From assembly GCF_963921235.1 (NCBI RefSeq), contig NC_086108.1, positions 16,926,001 to 16,990,000 of the forward strand: 64,000 nt of DNA, written 5' to 3'. Source of the DNA: Mobula hypostoma. Its lineage: Eukaryota. Made by a program: the position numbers and the translations under genes. Below are positions 1 through 11,923 of the stretch, piece after piece (position 1 is the first letter of the stretch; each line of letters opens with the position of its first letter). The notes below the pieces were generated by a model, which ran no database searches, was not told where the DNA came from, and saw only the letters and a list, made by a program, of their open reading frames with translations.

Positions 1-1760
1 TGGCAGGGTCTGCAAGACATTACTTCCTACAACTCGAAATCCAATAATATGAATGGCAGCGATACTTCACTACCAGATGAACGCAATGCCTTCTATGTCT
101 GCTTTGAAAGGAAGAACACAACTACAGCTGTGAAGATCCCTGCTACACCTGATGACCCTGTGATCTCCATCTTAGAAGCTGATGTTAGGCTGTCTTTAAA
201 GAGTGAACCTTCACAAGGCGGAAGGTCCCGATGGAGTACCTGGTAAGGTTCTGAAAACCTGTGTCAACCAACTAGCGGGAGTATTCAAAGACATTTTCAA
301 CCTCTCACTGCTCCGGGCAGAAGTTCCCACTTGCTTCAAAAAGGCAACAATTATACCAGTGCCTAAGAAGAATAATGTGGGCTGCCTTAATGGCTATCGC
401 CTGGTAGCACTCACATCGACAGTGATGAAATGCTTTGAAAGATCGGTCATAACCAGCCTGAACTCCTGCCTCAGCAAGGACCTGGACCCATTGCAATTTG
501 CCTATTGCCACAATAGCTCAACGACAGATGCTTTCTCAATAGTTTTCCATATGGCTTTAGATGATCTGGGAAACATAAACACCTATGTCAGGTTGCTGTT
601 CATTGACTATAGCTCAGGATTTAATACCATCATTTACACAATCCTGATTGAGAAGCTGCAGAACCTGGGCCTCTGTACCTCCCTTTGCAATTGGATCCTC
701 AATTTCCTAACCAGAAGACCACAATCTGTGCAGATTGGTAATAACATATCCTCCTTGCTGATGATCAACATTGGTGCACCTCAGGGGTGTGTGCTTAGCC
801 CACTGCTCTACTCTCCACATACACATGACTGTGTGGCTAGGCATGGCTCAAATACCATCTACAAATTTGCTGCTGATACAACCATTGTTGGTAGAATCTC
901 AGATGGAGACGAGAGGGCGTACAGGAGTGAGATATGCCAACTAGTGGAGTGGTGCCGCAGCAACACCTGGCACTCAACGTCAGTAAGATGAAAGAACTGA
1001 TTGTGGACTTCAGGAGGGGTAAGACAAAGGAACACATACTAATCCTCATAGAGGGATCAGAAGTGGAAAGAGTGAGCAGTTTCAAGTTCCTGGGTGTCAA
1101 GGTCTCTGAGGACCTAACCTGGTCCCAACATATTGATGTAGTTATAAAGAAGGCAAGACAGCGGCTATACTTCATTAGGAGTTTGAAGAGATTTGGCATG
1201 TCAACAAATACACAAAAACTTCTATAGATGCACCGTGGAGAGCATTCTGACAGGCTGAGTCACTGTCTTGGTATGGGGAAGGGGGGGGGGGCAGGGTTGG
1301 CTACTGCACAGGACCAAAAAAAGCTGCAGAGGGTTGTAAATCTAGTCAGCTCCATCTTGGGTACCAGCCTACAAAGTACCCAGGTCACCTTCAGGAAGCG
1401 GTGTCTCAGAAAGGCAGCGCCCATTATGAAGGACCCCCAGCACCCAGGGTATGCCCTTTTCTCACTGTTACCATCAGGTAGGAGGTACAGAAGCCTGAAG
1501 GCACACACTCAGCGATTCAAGAACAGCTTCTTCCTCTCTGCCAACCTATTCCGAAATGGACATTGAACCCTTGGACACTACCTCACTTTTTTAATATACA
1601 GTATTTGTTTTTTGCATGATTTTTAATCTATTCAATATACATATACTGTAATTGATTTACTTATTTATTATTTTTTCCTTCTATATTATGTATTGCATTG
1701 AGCTGCTGCTAAGTTACAAATTTCATGTCACATGCTGTGATAATAAACCTGATTCTGATG
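1..1760 (+). mobile_element. Rex1/Babar LINE, 3' part (decayed RT)
   Basis: ORFs with [56 protein letters not shown]. Ends in AATAAACCTGATTCTGA tail. Confidence 0.92.
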
Positions 1761-1929
1761 TTAAACCTTACCAGTGAGTCAGTTATTGGGATCTATTCTA
1801 AGGAATAATCTATTTTTGTTTATTTTTTAAAAAGCCATAGGTTAACCAGGGACATTCATTAAAAGGGACCATGACTGACTAAATTGAAGTTTTTAAGTAC
1901 AAGGATGGTTGATGAGGGAAAGATAAGAA

Positions 1930-2112
1930 TTAACTGCAGATGCTGGAAATCTAAAATAAAAATCAGAAAATGTTGGAAATACTCAGCAGGCCAGGCTGTA
2001 TCTGTGAGTAACAAACAGTTTTAATAGACTTCAACCTCAAATGTTAACTTTGTTTCTCATTCAACAGATGCAGTCCAACATGCTGAGTATTCCCAGCATT
2101 CCCTGGTTTTGT
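1930..2112. repeat. Degenerate Penelope-terminus-derived inverted repeat
   Basis: CTGCAGATGCTGGAAAT..TACTCAGCAGG arm and reverse TGCTGAGTATTCCCAGCATT arm, the same motif family as 29167-29380. Confidence 0.65.
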
Positions 2113-2429
2113 TTTAGGGTAAATGAAATTAAGCATTTGATGTAAACTACATGGTCACAGCCCCATAAGGCCAGGTGATTGAAAAAGTAAAAGACCACAG
2201 GATTAAAGTCAAATTGGATATAAAATTGCCTCAGCAATAGGAAGTAAACTGATAAGTGATTTTGTGCCAAGAAGGCTGTCAGCAATGGCCTTCCACAAGG
2301 CACAGCATTTAGTCCCTTGCTTTTGGTGATTTTTTTTTCAGTCTCAGATTTAAATGTAAGGGTATGAAGAGATTTTCAGATGATGCAAACATTGGTTGAT
2401 AGTGAGAAGGAAACTGCAGGAACCACTGG

Positions 2430-5400
2430 ATGATAGGGGGTGTGGGAACCAAACTGAAGAGACTGGGGAAGAGGCAGTTGGCTCACAAACAGAAGAAGCT
2501 TGGAGACAGTGTGTGAGGGAGGATAGGCAGGTGATAAAGAAGGGACGCGCTCAGATGGATGGTTTGAGATATGTCTATTTTAATGCAAGGAGTATTGTGA
2601 ACAAAGCAGATGAGCTTAGAGCGTGGATCAGTACTTGGAGCTATGATGTAGTGGCCATTTCAGGGACCTGGATGGCTCTGGGACAAGAATGGTTACTCCA
2701 AGTGCAGGGTGCTAGATGTTTCAGAAAGGACAGGGAGGGAGGCAAAAGAGATGGGGGCATGGCATTGTTGATCAGAGATAGTGTCACGGCTGCAGAAAAG
2801 GTGGACGCCATGGAGGGATTGTCTACGGAGTCTCTGTGGATGGAGGTTAGGAACAGGAAGGGGTCAATAACTTTACTGGGTGTTTTTTTATAGGCCGCCC
2901 AATAGTACCAGGGATATCGAGGAGCAGATAGGGAAACAGATCCTGGAAAGGTGTAATAATAACAGGGTTGTTGTGATGGGAGATTTTAAGTTCCTAAATA
3001 TCGATTGGCATCTCCCTAGAGCAAGGGGTTTAAATGTGGTGGAGTTTGCGAGGTGTGTTCAGGAAGGTTTCTTTACACAATATGTAGATACGCCTACAAG
3101 AGGAGAGGCTGTACTTGATCTGGTATTGGGAAATTAACCTGGTCAGGTGTCAGTGAGAGAGCATTTTGGAGATAGTGATCATGATTCTATCTCCTTTACA
3201 ATAGCATTGGAGAGAGAGAGGAACAGACAAGTTAGAAAAGCGTTTAATTGGAGTAAGGGGAATTATAAGGCTATCAGGCAGGAAATTGGAAGCTTAAATT
3301 GGGAACAGATGTTCTCAGGGAAAAGTACGGAAGAAATGTGGCAAATGTTCAGGGGATATTTGTGCGAAGTTCTGCATAGGTATGTTCCAATGAGACAGGG
3401 AAGTTATGGTAGGGTACAGGAACCATGGTATACAAAGGCTGTTATAAATCTAGTCAAGAAGAAAAGAATAGCTTACAAAAGGTTCAAAAAACTAGGTAAT
3501 GATAGAGATCTAGAAGATTATAAGGCTAGCAGGAAAGAGCTTAAGAAAGAAATTAGGAGAGCCAGAAGAGGCCATGAGAAGGTCTTGGCGGACAGGATTA
3601 AGGAAAACCCCAAGGCATCCTACAAGTATGTGAAGAGCAAGAGGATAGGACGTGAAAGAATAGGATCTATCAAGTGTGATAGTGGGAAAGTGTGTATGGA
3701 ACCGGAGGAAATAGCAGAGGCACTTCATGAATAAATTACTTCAGTATTCACTATGGAAAAGGATCTTGATGATTGTAGCGATGACTTGCAGCAGTCTAAA
3801 AAGCTTGAGCATGTAGATATTAAGAAAGAGGATGTGCCAGAGCTTTTGGAAAGCATCAAGTTGGATAAGTCGCCGGGACCGGATGAGATGTACCCGAGGC
3901 TACTGTGGGAGGTGAGGGAGGAGATTGCTGAGCCTCTGGCGTTGATCTTTGAATCATCAATGGGGTCAGGAGAGGTTCCGGAGGATTGGAGGGTTGCGGA
4001 TGTTGTTCCTTAATTCAAGAAAGGGAGTAGAGAGAGCCCTGGAAATTATTGACCAGTGAGTCTTACTTCAGTGGTTGGTAAGGTGATGGAGAAGATCCTG
4101 AGAGGCAGGTTTTATGAACACTTGGAGAGGTTAGGAATTTGATTAGGAATAGTCAGCATTGCTTTGTCAAGGGCAGGTCGTGCCTTACGAACCTGATTGA
4201 GTTTTTTGAGGATGTGACTAAACACACTGATGAAGGTAGAGCAGTAGATGTAGTGTATATGGATTTCAGCAAGGTATTTGATAAGGTACTCCATCAAAGG
4301 ATTATTGAGAAAGTAAGGAGGCATGGGATCGAAGGAGACATTGCTTTGTGGATACAGAACTGGTTTTCCCATAGTTCAGCATGTTTAGTTTGGCACTCAG
4401 GACTGTGATCCCCTCCAAGCTGATTGCCAAACTTCGCCAGCTTGGTATCAGCTCACCCCTCTGCAATTGGACCTTGGACTTTCTGACTAACAGACCCCAA
4501 TCAGTTAAGTTAGACAACCTCTCCTCCTCCTCCACTCTCATACTGATCACCGGCATGCCTTAAGGCTATGTGCTGAGCCCTCTTCTGTAATCCCTTTTCA
4601 CCTACGACTGCGTTCCTATATATGGTTCTAACTCCATAATCAAGTTCACAGATGACACCATGGTGGTTGGCCTGATCAGAGGGGATGATGAGATGGCCTA
4701 CAGGGATGAGGTCCAGCACCTGGACGCGCGGAGTGCCAACAACAACCTGGCCCTTTAACACCCAGAAGACCACGGAGATCAATGTGGACTTCAGGCATGC
4801 TAGGAGCCACACTCAACAGAGCTGCAGTGGAGCGGGTATCAAGCTTCAACTTCCTTGGTGTCCACATTTCCGAGGATCTCACCTGGTCCCTGAACTTCTC
4901 CATCCTGATCAAAAAGGCGCAACAGCGCCTTTATTTCCTGTGGAGCATCAAGAAAGCTCATCTCACTGCATCTCAGTGCGGTATGGCAATTGTCCCGTAT
5001 CGGACCGCAAAGCACTCCAGCATGTGGTGAAAACCGCCCAGTGGATTATTGGCACCCAATTGCCCACCATTGAGAACATCTTCCATAAACGCTGCCTGGG
5101 CAGGGCGAAAAGCATCATCAGGGATGCATCTCACCCTAACCATGGACTTTTTACTCTCCTCCCATCTGGTAGGCGATACAGGAGCCTCTGCTCCCGCACC
5201 AGCAGGCACAGGAAGAATTTCTTCCCTGAGGCTGTGACCCTGCTGAACCTCACATCACAGTGCTAAGCAATATTGCACCCATATTGTACTGTCTCAGTAC
5301 TTTTATATTTGTGTGCTGTAGCACTTACTTTTCATTTGCAGCTATTTTGTAAATAACAGTATTCTTTGCATTTCTGGTCAGATGCCAACTGCATTTCATT

Positions 5401-6252
5401 GGTTTTCTATCTGTACTCGGCACAAAGACAATACAGTTGAATCTAATCTAATCTAGGAGGCAAAGAGTGGCTGTAGACGGGTCATATTCTGCATGGAGGT
5501 CAGTGACCAGTGGTGTGCCTCAAGGATCTGTTCTGGGACCCTTACTCTTTGTGATTTTTATAAATGGCCTGGATGAGGAAGTGGAGGGATGGGTTAGTAA
5601 GTTTGCTGATGACACAAAGGTTGGGGGGAGGGTGTTGTGGATAGTGTGGAGGGCTGTCAGAGGATACAGCGGGACATTGATAAGATGCAAAACTGGGCTG
5701 AGATGTGGCAGATGGCGTTCAACCCAGGTAAGTGTGAAGTGGTTCATTTTGGTAGGTTAAATATGATGGCAGAATATAGTATTAATGGTAAGACTCTTGG
5801 CAGTGTGGAGGATCAGAGGGATCTTGGGGTATGAGTCCATAGGACGCTCAAAGCAGCTGTGCAGGTTGACTCTGTGGTTAAGAAGGCGTACAGTGTATTG
5901 CCTTCGTCAATCGTGGACTTGAATTTAGGAGCTGAGAGGTAATGTTGCAGCTATATAGGACCCTGGTCAGACCCCACTTGGAGTACTGTGCTCAGTTCTG
6001 GTCGTCTCACTACAGGAAGGATGTGGAAGCCATAGAAAGGGTGCAGAGGAGATTTACAAGGATGTTGCCTGGATTGGGGAGCATGTCTTATGAGAACAGG
6101 TTGAGTGAACTCGGACTTTTCTCCTTGGAGCGACGGAGGGTAAGAGGTGACCTTATAGAAGTGTATAAGATGATGAGAGGCATTGATCGTGTGGATAGTC
6201 AGAGGCTTTTTCCCTGGGCTGAAATGGTTGCCACAAGAGGACACAGCTTTAA
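2430..6252 (+). mobile_element. CR1 LINE (APE endonuclease + RT), interrupted by Rex1, 3'-truncated
   Basis: [73 protein letters not shown]; many stops and frameshifts. Confidence 0.93.
4375..5453 (+). mobile_element. 5'-truncated Rex1/Babar LINE nested in CR1
   Basis: Rex1 RT motifs and an (AATCT)n tail. The CR1 sequence resumes after it; possible 3-bp TSD TAG (4372-4374 / 5454-5456). Confidence 0.9.
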
Positions 6253-6285
6253 CTTCCCTTTGCCATCTTTCAACCAAACTATCCA

Positions 6286-7195
6286 GATAGAACATAGAAA
6301 ACCTACAATACAGACCCTTCGGCCCACAAAGTTGTGCTGAACATGTCCCTACCTTAGAAATTACTAGGCCTACCCACAGCCCTCTATTTTTCTAAGCTCC
6401 ATGTACCTATCCAAAAGTCGCTTTAAGACCCTACCGTATCTGCCTCCACCACCGTTACCGGAAGCCCACTCCACGCACTCACCACTCTCTACGTAAAAAA
6501 AAACCTACCCCTGACATCTCCTCTGTTACTGCTTCCCAGCACCTTAAACCTGTGTCCTCTTGTGCTAACAATTTCAGCCCTGGGAAAAAGCCTCTGACTA
6601 TCCACACGATCAATGGCTCTCATCATCTTATACACCTCTATCAGGTCACCTCTCATCCTCTGTCGCTCCAAGGAGAAAAGGCCGAGTTCACTCAACCTAT
6701 TCTCATAAGGCATGCTCCCCAATCCAGGCAACATCCTTGTAAATCTCCTCTGCACCCTTTTTATGGTTTCCACATCCTTCCTGTAGTGAGGTGACCAGAA
6801 CTGAGCACAGTACTCCAAGTGGGGTCTGACCAGGGTCCTATATAGCTGCAACATTACCTCTCAGCTCCTAAATTCAATTCCACGACTGATGAAGGCCAAT
6901 ACACCATACGCCTTCTTAACCACAGAGTCAACCTGCACAGCTGCTTTGAGTGTCCTATGGACTCAGACCTCAAGTCCGCACTGATGCTGCAAACTACCTC
7001 CACACTACCAAGAGTCTTACCATTAATACTATATTCTGCCATCATATTTGACCTACCAAAATGAACCACTTCACACTTATCTGGGTTGAACTCCATCTGC
7101 CACTTCTCAGCCCAGTTTTGCATCCAATCAATGTCCCGCTGTAAACTCTGACAGTCCTCCACACTATCCACAACACCACCAACCTTTGTGTCATC
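6286..7195 (-). mobile_element. CR1 LINE 3' end, inverted relative to the preceding copy
   Basis: ORFs 6489..6854 and 6854..7171 are nearly identical to + strand ORFs 5942.. and 5637... The (ATAGAAC)n tail is at ~6286-6300. Confidence 0.92.
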
Positions 7196-7610
7196 AGCAG
7201 CTGCTGTACGGAGAACTGTGTCAGGGCAAGCGCTCTGTCGGGGGGCAGAAGAAACGTTACAAAGACTGCCTGAGAGCGTCCCTCAAAGGCCTGGGTGTCG
7301 ACATCAACACGTGGGAGACGCTTGCCCTTGACCGTCCAGCTTGGCGCAGCAAGATCACCACAGGAGCCCGTGTAGCTGAAGTCAGGCGCATCATCGAGGC
7401 GCAATGAAAGCGTGCTGTGCGCAAGGCCCGAGCAGCATCCACTGCCACGACAGCACCCACCCACTTGTGTCCCACATGTGGGCGAGCCTTCAGGGCCCGG
7501 ATTGGCCTCATCAGTCACCTCCAGACCCACAGCCACCAATCTCCCATTTGACTTTGAAGCCATGGTAATCTTCGACTACGAAGGACGATCGACATCAACA
7601 ACAACAACAG
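7196..7610 (+). mobile_element. RTE-clade LINE 3' fragment
   Basis: LLYGELCQGKRSVGGQKKRYKDCL..WETLALDRPAWR, C-terminal Cys/His motif, (CAA)n tail. Confidence 0.88.
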
Positions 7611-7695
7611 TAATGGTGCAGTGGGTAGTGGTTGTCGCTCTCATTTTCAGCTTCCACCGCTGGCTAGCAGTCTTGTGAAAAGGAATCTTGTGTAA

Positions 7696-8200
7696 AGGCT
7701 GATTTATACTTGTGCGTCAAATTGACACCGTACCCTACGCAGTGCCTACGCGGATCCCTACTCGGTAGCCTGACGCGCACCTCTCCCAAAATGTAACTAC
7801 GCGCCGCGGCAATGCAGACCGCAACTGTGATTGGTCCGCTTGGTAGCATCGCATTTCCTCCTACGCTAAAATAGCTTCCCATTGGGCAACTGAAGGGCAG
7901 AGAAGGAACTCTGGCTGCAATGCTTTCCATAAAGCTTTACAGACCTCCGAAATTATGGAGGACACATTTCGCCTTTACGAAAAAAGACGCTCGCTTTAAA
8001 CTTGTTTACCCCGAGAAAGACGACCATGACCATGAAGCCTTCCACAGGCAGGTGTGTGTGCATGCGTGACATGTGAATACGTGACGTGCACATGCGTGTA
8101 CGTGCCCAAATTGCAGAGTGACGCAGACACACCAACGCACAAGTATAAATGCTTACAATGGCTACGGCGTAAGCTGGTACGCACAAGTATAAATCAGCCA
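7696..8200. mobile_element. PIF/Harbinger-type MITE
   Basis: TIR GGCTGATTTATACTTGTGCGT / ACGCACAAGTATAAATCAGCC; TAA on both flanks (7693-7695, 8201-8203). Confidence 0.85.
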
Positions 8201-8299
8201 TAAGTCTCTCCCTGCTTCTCCAATAGCTAGCCTCATGGAATGCCTCCTCACTGGCGACACACGGAAACTGAGCTCCTTTTGGACTTAGGCTGAACTCAG

Positions 8300-11068
8300 G
8301 CAAGGGGGATGGAACCTGGAGCGATAGAGCAGTGAAAGAAGTGCACTGAGTAAAGCCGGATCTAACATATAGAGAGGCTTTGAGGAAAGAGAAGCAGAAT
8401 AAACAGTGTAAAGATAGTGAGGTAGAAGGGCTGAAGTGCGGCTACCTCAATGCAAGAAGCATCAGGAACAAAACTGAGAGCTTGGATACACACATGGAAT
8501 TATGATGTAGTGGCCATTACAGAGACTTGGCTGGCACCAGGGCAAGAATGGATTCTCAATATTCCTGGATTTCAGTGCATTAAAAGGGATAGAGAGGGGG
8601 AAAAGGGGAGGAGGGGTGGCATTACTGGTCAAGGATACTATTACAGCTACAGAAAGGGTGGGTAATATAGCAGGATCCTCTTTTGAGTCAGTATGGGTGG
8701 AAGTCAGGAACAGGAAGGGAGCAGTTACTCTATTGGGGGTATTCTATAGGCCCCCTGGTAGCAGCAGAGATACAGAGGAGCAGATTGGGAGGCAAATTTT
8801 GGAAAGGTGCAAAAATAACAGGGTTGTTATCATGGGTGACTTTAACTTCCCTAATATTGATTGGCACTTGATTAGTGCCAAGGGTTTAGATGGGGCAGAG
8901 TTTGTTAAGTGTGTCCAGGACGGATTCCTGTCACAGTATGTGGACAGGCCGAACAGGGGGAATGCCATACTAGATCTAGTACTAGGTAATGAACTGGGTC
9001 AGGTCACAGATCTCTCAGTGGGTGAGCATCTGGGGGACAGTGACCACCGCTCCCTGGCCTTTAGCATTATCATGGTTTAGGGATCTCTTGCAGGATGTTA
9101 GGGATTAATTTGCCCCGGTGAGGAAGATAAAGAATGGTAGGGTGAAGGAACCATGGGTGACAAGTGAGGTGGAAAATCTAGTCAGGTGGAAGAAGGCAGC
9201 ATACATGAGGTTTAGGAAGCAAGGATCAGATAGGTCTATTCAGGAATATAGGGAAGCAAGAAAAGAGCTTAAGAAGGGGCTGAGAAGAGCAAGAAGGGGG
9301 CATGAGAAAGCCTTGTTGAGTAGGGTAAAGGAAAACCCCAAGGCATTCTTCAATTATGTGAAGAACAAAAGGATGACAGGAGTGAAGATAAGACTGATTA
9401 GAGGTAAAGGTGGGAAGATGTGCCTGGAGGCTGTGGAAGTGAGTGAGGTCCTCAATGAGTGAGGTTGATGTTCTGGAGCATGTTGATATTAAGGGAGAGG
9501 AAGTGTTGGAGTTGTTAAAATACATTAGGACGGATAAGAACCCGGGGCCTGACGGAATATTCCCCAGGCTGCTCCACGAGGCGAGGGAAGAGATTGCTGA
9601 GCCTCTGGCTAGGATCTTTATGTCCTCGTTCTCCACGGGAATGGCACCGGAGGACTGGAGGGAGGAGAATATTGTCCCCCCATTCAAAAAAGGTAGTAGG
9701 GATAGTCTGGGTAATTATAGACCAGTGAGCCTTACATCTGTGGTGGGGACGCTGTTGGAAAAGATTCTTAGAGATAGGATCTATGGGCATTTAGAGAATC
9801 ATGGTCTGATCAGGGACAGTCAGCATGGCTTTGTGAAGGGCAGATCATGTCTAACAAACCTGATAGAGTTCTTTGAGGAGGTGACCAGGCATATAGATGA
9901 GGGTAGTGCAGTGGATGTGATCTATATGGATTTTAGTAAGGCATTTAACAAGGTTCCACACAGTAGGCTTATTCAGAAAGTCAGAAGGCATGGGATCCGG
10001 GGAAGTTTGGCCAGGTGGATTCAGAACTGGCTTGCCTGCAGAAGGCAGAGGGTCGTGGTGGAGGGAGTACATTCAGATTAGAGGATTGTGACTAGTGGTG
10101 TCCCACAAGGATCTGTTCTGGGACCTCTACTTTTCGTGATTTTTATTAATGATCTGGATGTGGGGGTAGAAGGGTGGGTTGGCAAGGTTGCAGACGACAC
10201 AAAGGTTGGTGGTGTTGTAGACAGTGTAGAGGATTGTCGAAGATTGCAGAGAGACATTGATAGGATGCAGAAGTGGGCTGAGAAGTGGCAGATCGAGTTC
10301 AACCCGGAGAAGTGTGAGGTGGTACAATTTGGAAGGACAAACTCCAAGGCAGAGTACAAAGTAAATGGCAGGATACTTGGTAGTGTGGAGGAGCAGAGGG
10401 ATCTGGGGGTACATGTCCACAGATCCATGAAAGTTGCCTCACAAGTGGATAAGGTAGTTAAGAAAGCTAATGGGGTGTTAGCTTTCATAAGTCGAGGAAT
10501 ACAGTTTAAGAGTCACAAGGTAATGATGCAGCTCTATAAAACTCTGGTTAGGCCACACTTGGAGTACTGTGTCCAGTTCTGGTCGCCTCACTATAGGAAG
10601 GATGTGGAAGCATTGGAAAGGGTACAGAGGAGATTTACCAGGATGCTGCCTGGTTTATGATCAGAGATTAAGGGAGCTAGGGCTTTACTCTTTAGAGAGA
10701 AGGAGGATGACAGGAGACATGATAGAGGTGTACAAGATAATAAGAGGAATAGATAGAGTGGATAACCCTCTTCCCCAGGGCACCACTGCTCAATACAAGA
10801 GGACATGGTTTTAAGGTAAGGAGTGGGAAGTTCAAGGGGGATATTAGAGGAAGGTTTTTTTACTCAGAGAGTGGTTGGTGCGCGGAATGCACTGCCTGAG
10901 TCAGTGGTGGAGGCAGATACACTAGTGAAGTTTAAGAGACTACTAGACAGGTATATGGAGGAATTTAAGGTGGGGGGTTATATGGGAGGCAGGGGTTTGA
11001 GGGTCAGCACAACATTGTGGGCTGAAGGGCCTGTACTGTGCTGTACTATTCTATGTATGTTCTATGAA
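8300..11068 (+). mobile_element. CR1 LINE (internally deleted ORF2 + 3' UTR)
   Basis: Endonuclease and RT ORF pieces 8450-10814; tail TATTCTATGTATGTTCTATG. Confidence 0.93.
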
Positions 11069-11069
11069 C

Positions 11070-11415
11070 TACAGAGGGCGGGGAGGAAGTCTGGCCCCTG
11101 CACACGCAGCACACAGGCCCATCAGTGCATGGACATGCCCTGGTGCTCATGAATCAGATCCCCAGCTATGGGCAAATAGCCCCACTACATTGTAGAGAGC
11201 CAAGGCTACCAGAGTAAACCCAGACAGAAAATCCAGAGTGGAGCCCCTGAGGCAGCTGAATGTCATTGAACATCCTTCCGGCAGCTCCTGCAGCCAAGCT
11301 GGTGCCAAACGTATTGCTTCATAAGCTTTGCCTTGGACTACACCGGTGAGGCCGAGAGGGGGATCTTGATGAGCGGGCATCTCAGGATCTCCATACCCTT
11401 AGCCCAGGGCTGTGA
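11070..11415 (+). repeat. Non-coding repeat, probably RTE 5'-UTR-derived
   Basis: Shares GAGTAAACCC..AAATC..GAG..GGCAGC..CTGGTG.CAAAC motifs with 28490-29070. Confidence 0.45.
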
Positions 11416-11789
11416 TGGTGATTATCCACTACTGCCAACCACTTTTGTACAGTGGTTGCATCTTCCGTAATTAAGCTTGCATTTCCATGTGCTACCGCCT
11501 CTTGGATGTGATGTTAAGCCAAGGACTGTTTTATCTTACTATTTCATGCTTGTTATTTATCGCTGTTTATATCTGCATTTGCTTAGCTTGATCCCATTTA
11601 AATTACTATAGATTACTAAGTATGGCAGCAGAAAAAGAATCTTAGCATTTTGTGTGGTGACTCTGATAATAATTTTTACTTTGACGTAGACTTTCTTGCT
11701 CCCTCAATTGAATCCAAAATATCCTGTGGTTCACAACTTGTCCTGGATTAACACTTACAGTCAATCACTTCAGAAAACATTTATTCATG

Positions 11790-11923
11790 ATCTCACTGCT
11801 GTTTACTGATTGCATAATAGCTGCCACATTCCCTCTATTATGTGTTACAACTTCACAAGCATTTAACTGGCTCTAGAGTGCTTTGAGGTGACCTGTGTTT
11901 GTGACACATGCTACATAAATGCA
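11790..11923 (+). repeat. DeuSINE (SacSINE1/AmnSINE-like) 3' fragment, split by the RTE insertion
   Basis: GCTGCCACATTCC..CTTCACAAGCATTTAACTGGCT..GCTTTGAGG..GCTACATAAATGCA, continuing as ..ACTTTCTT after 15652. Confidence 0.55.
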
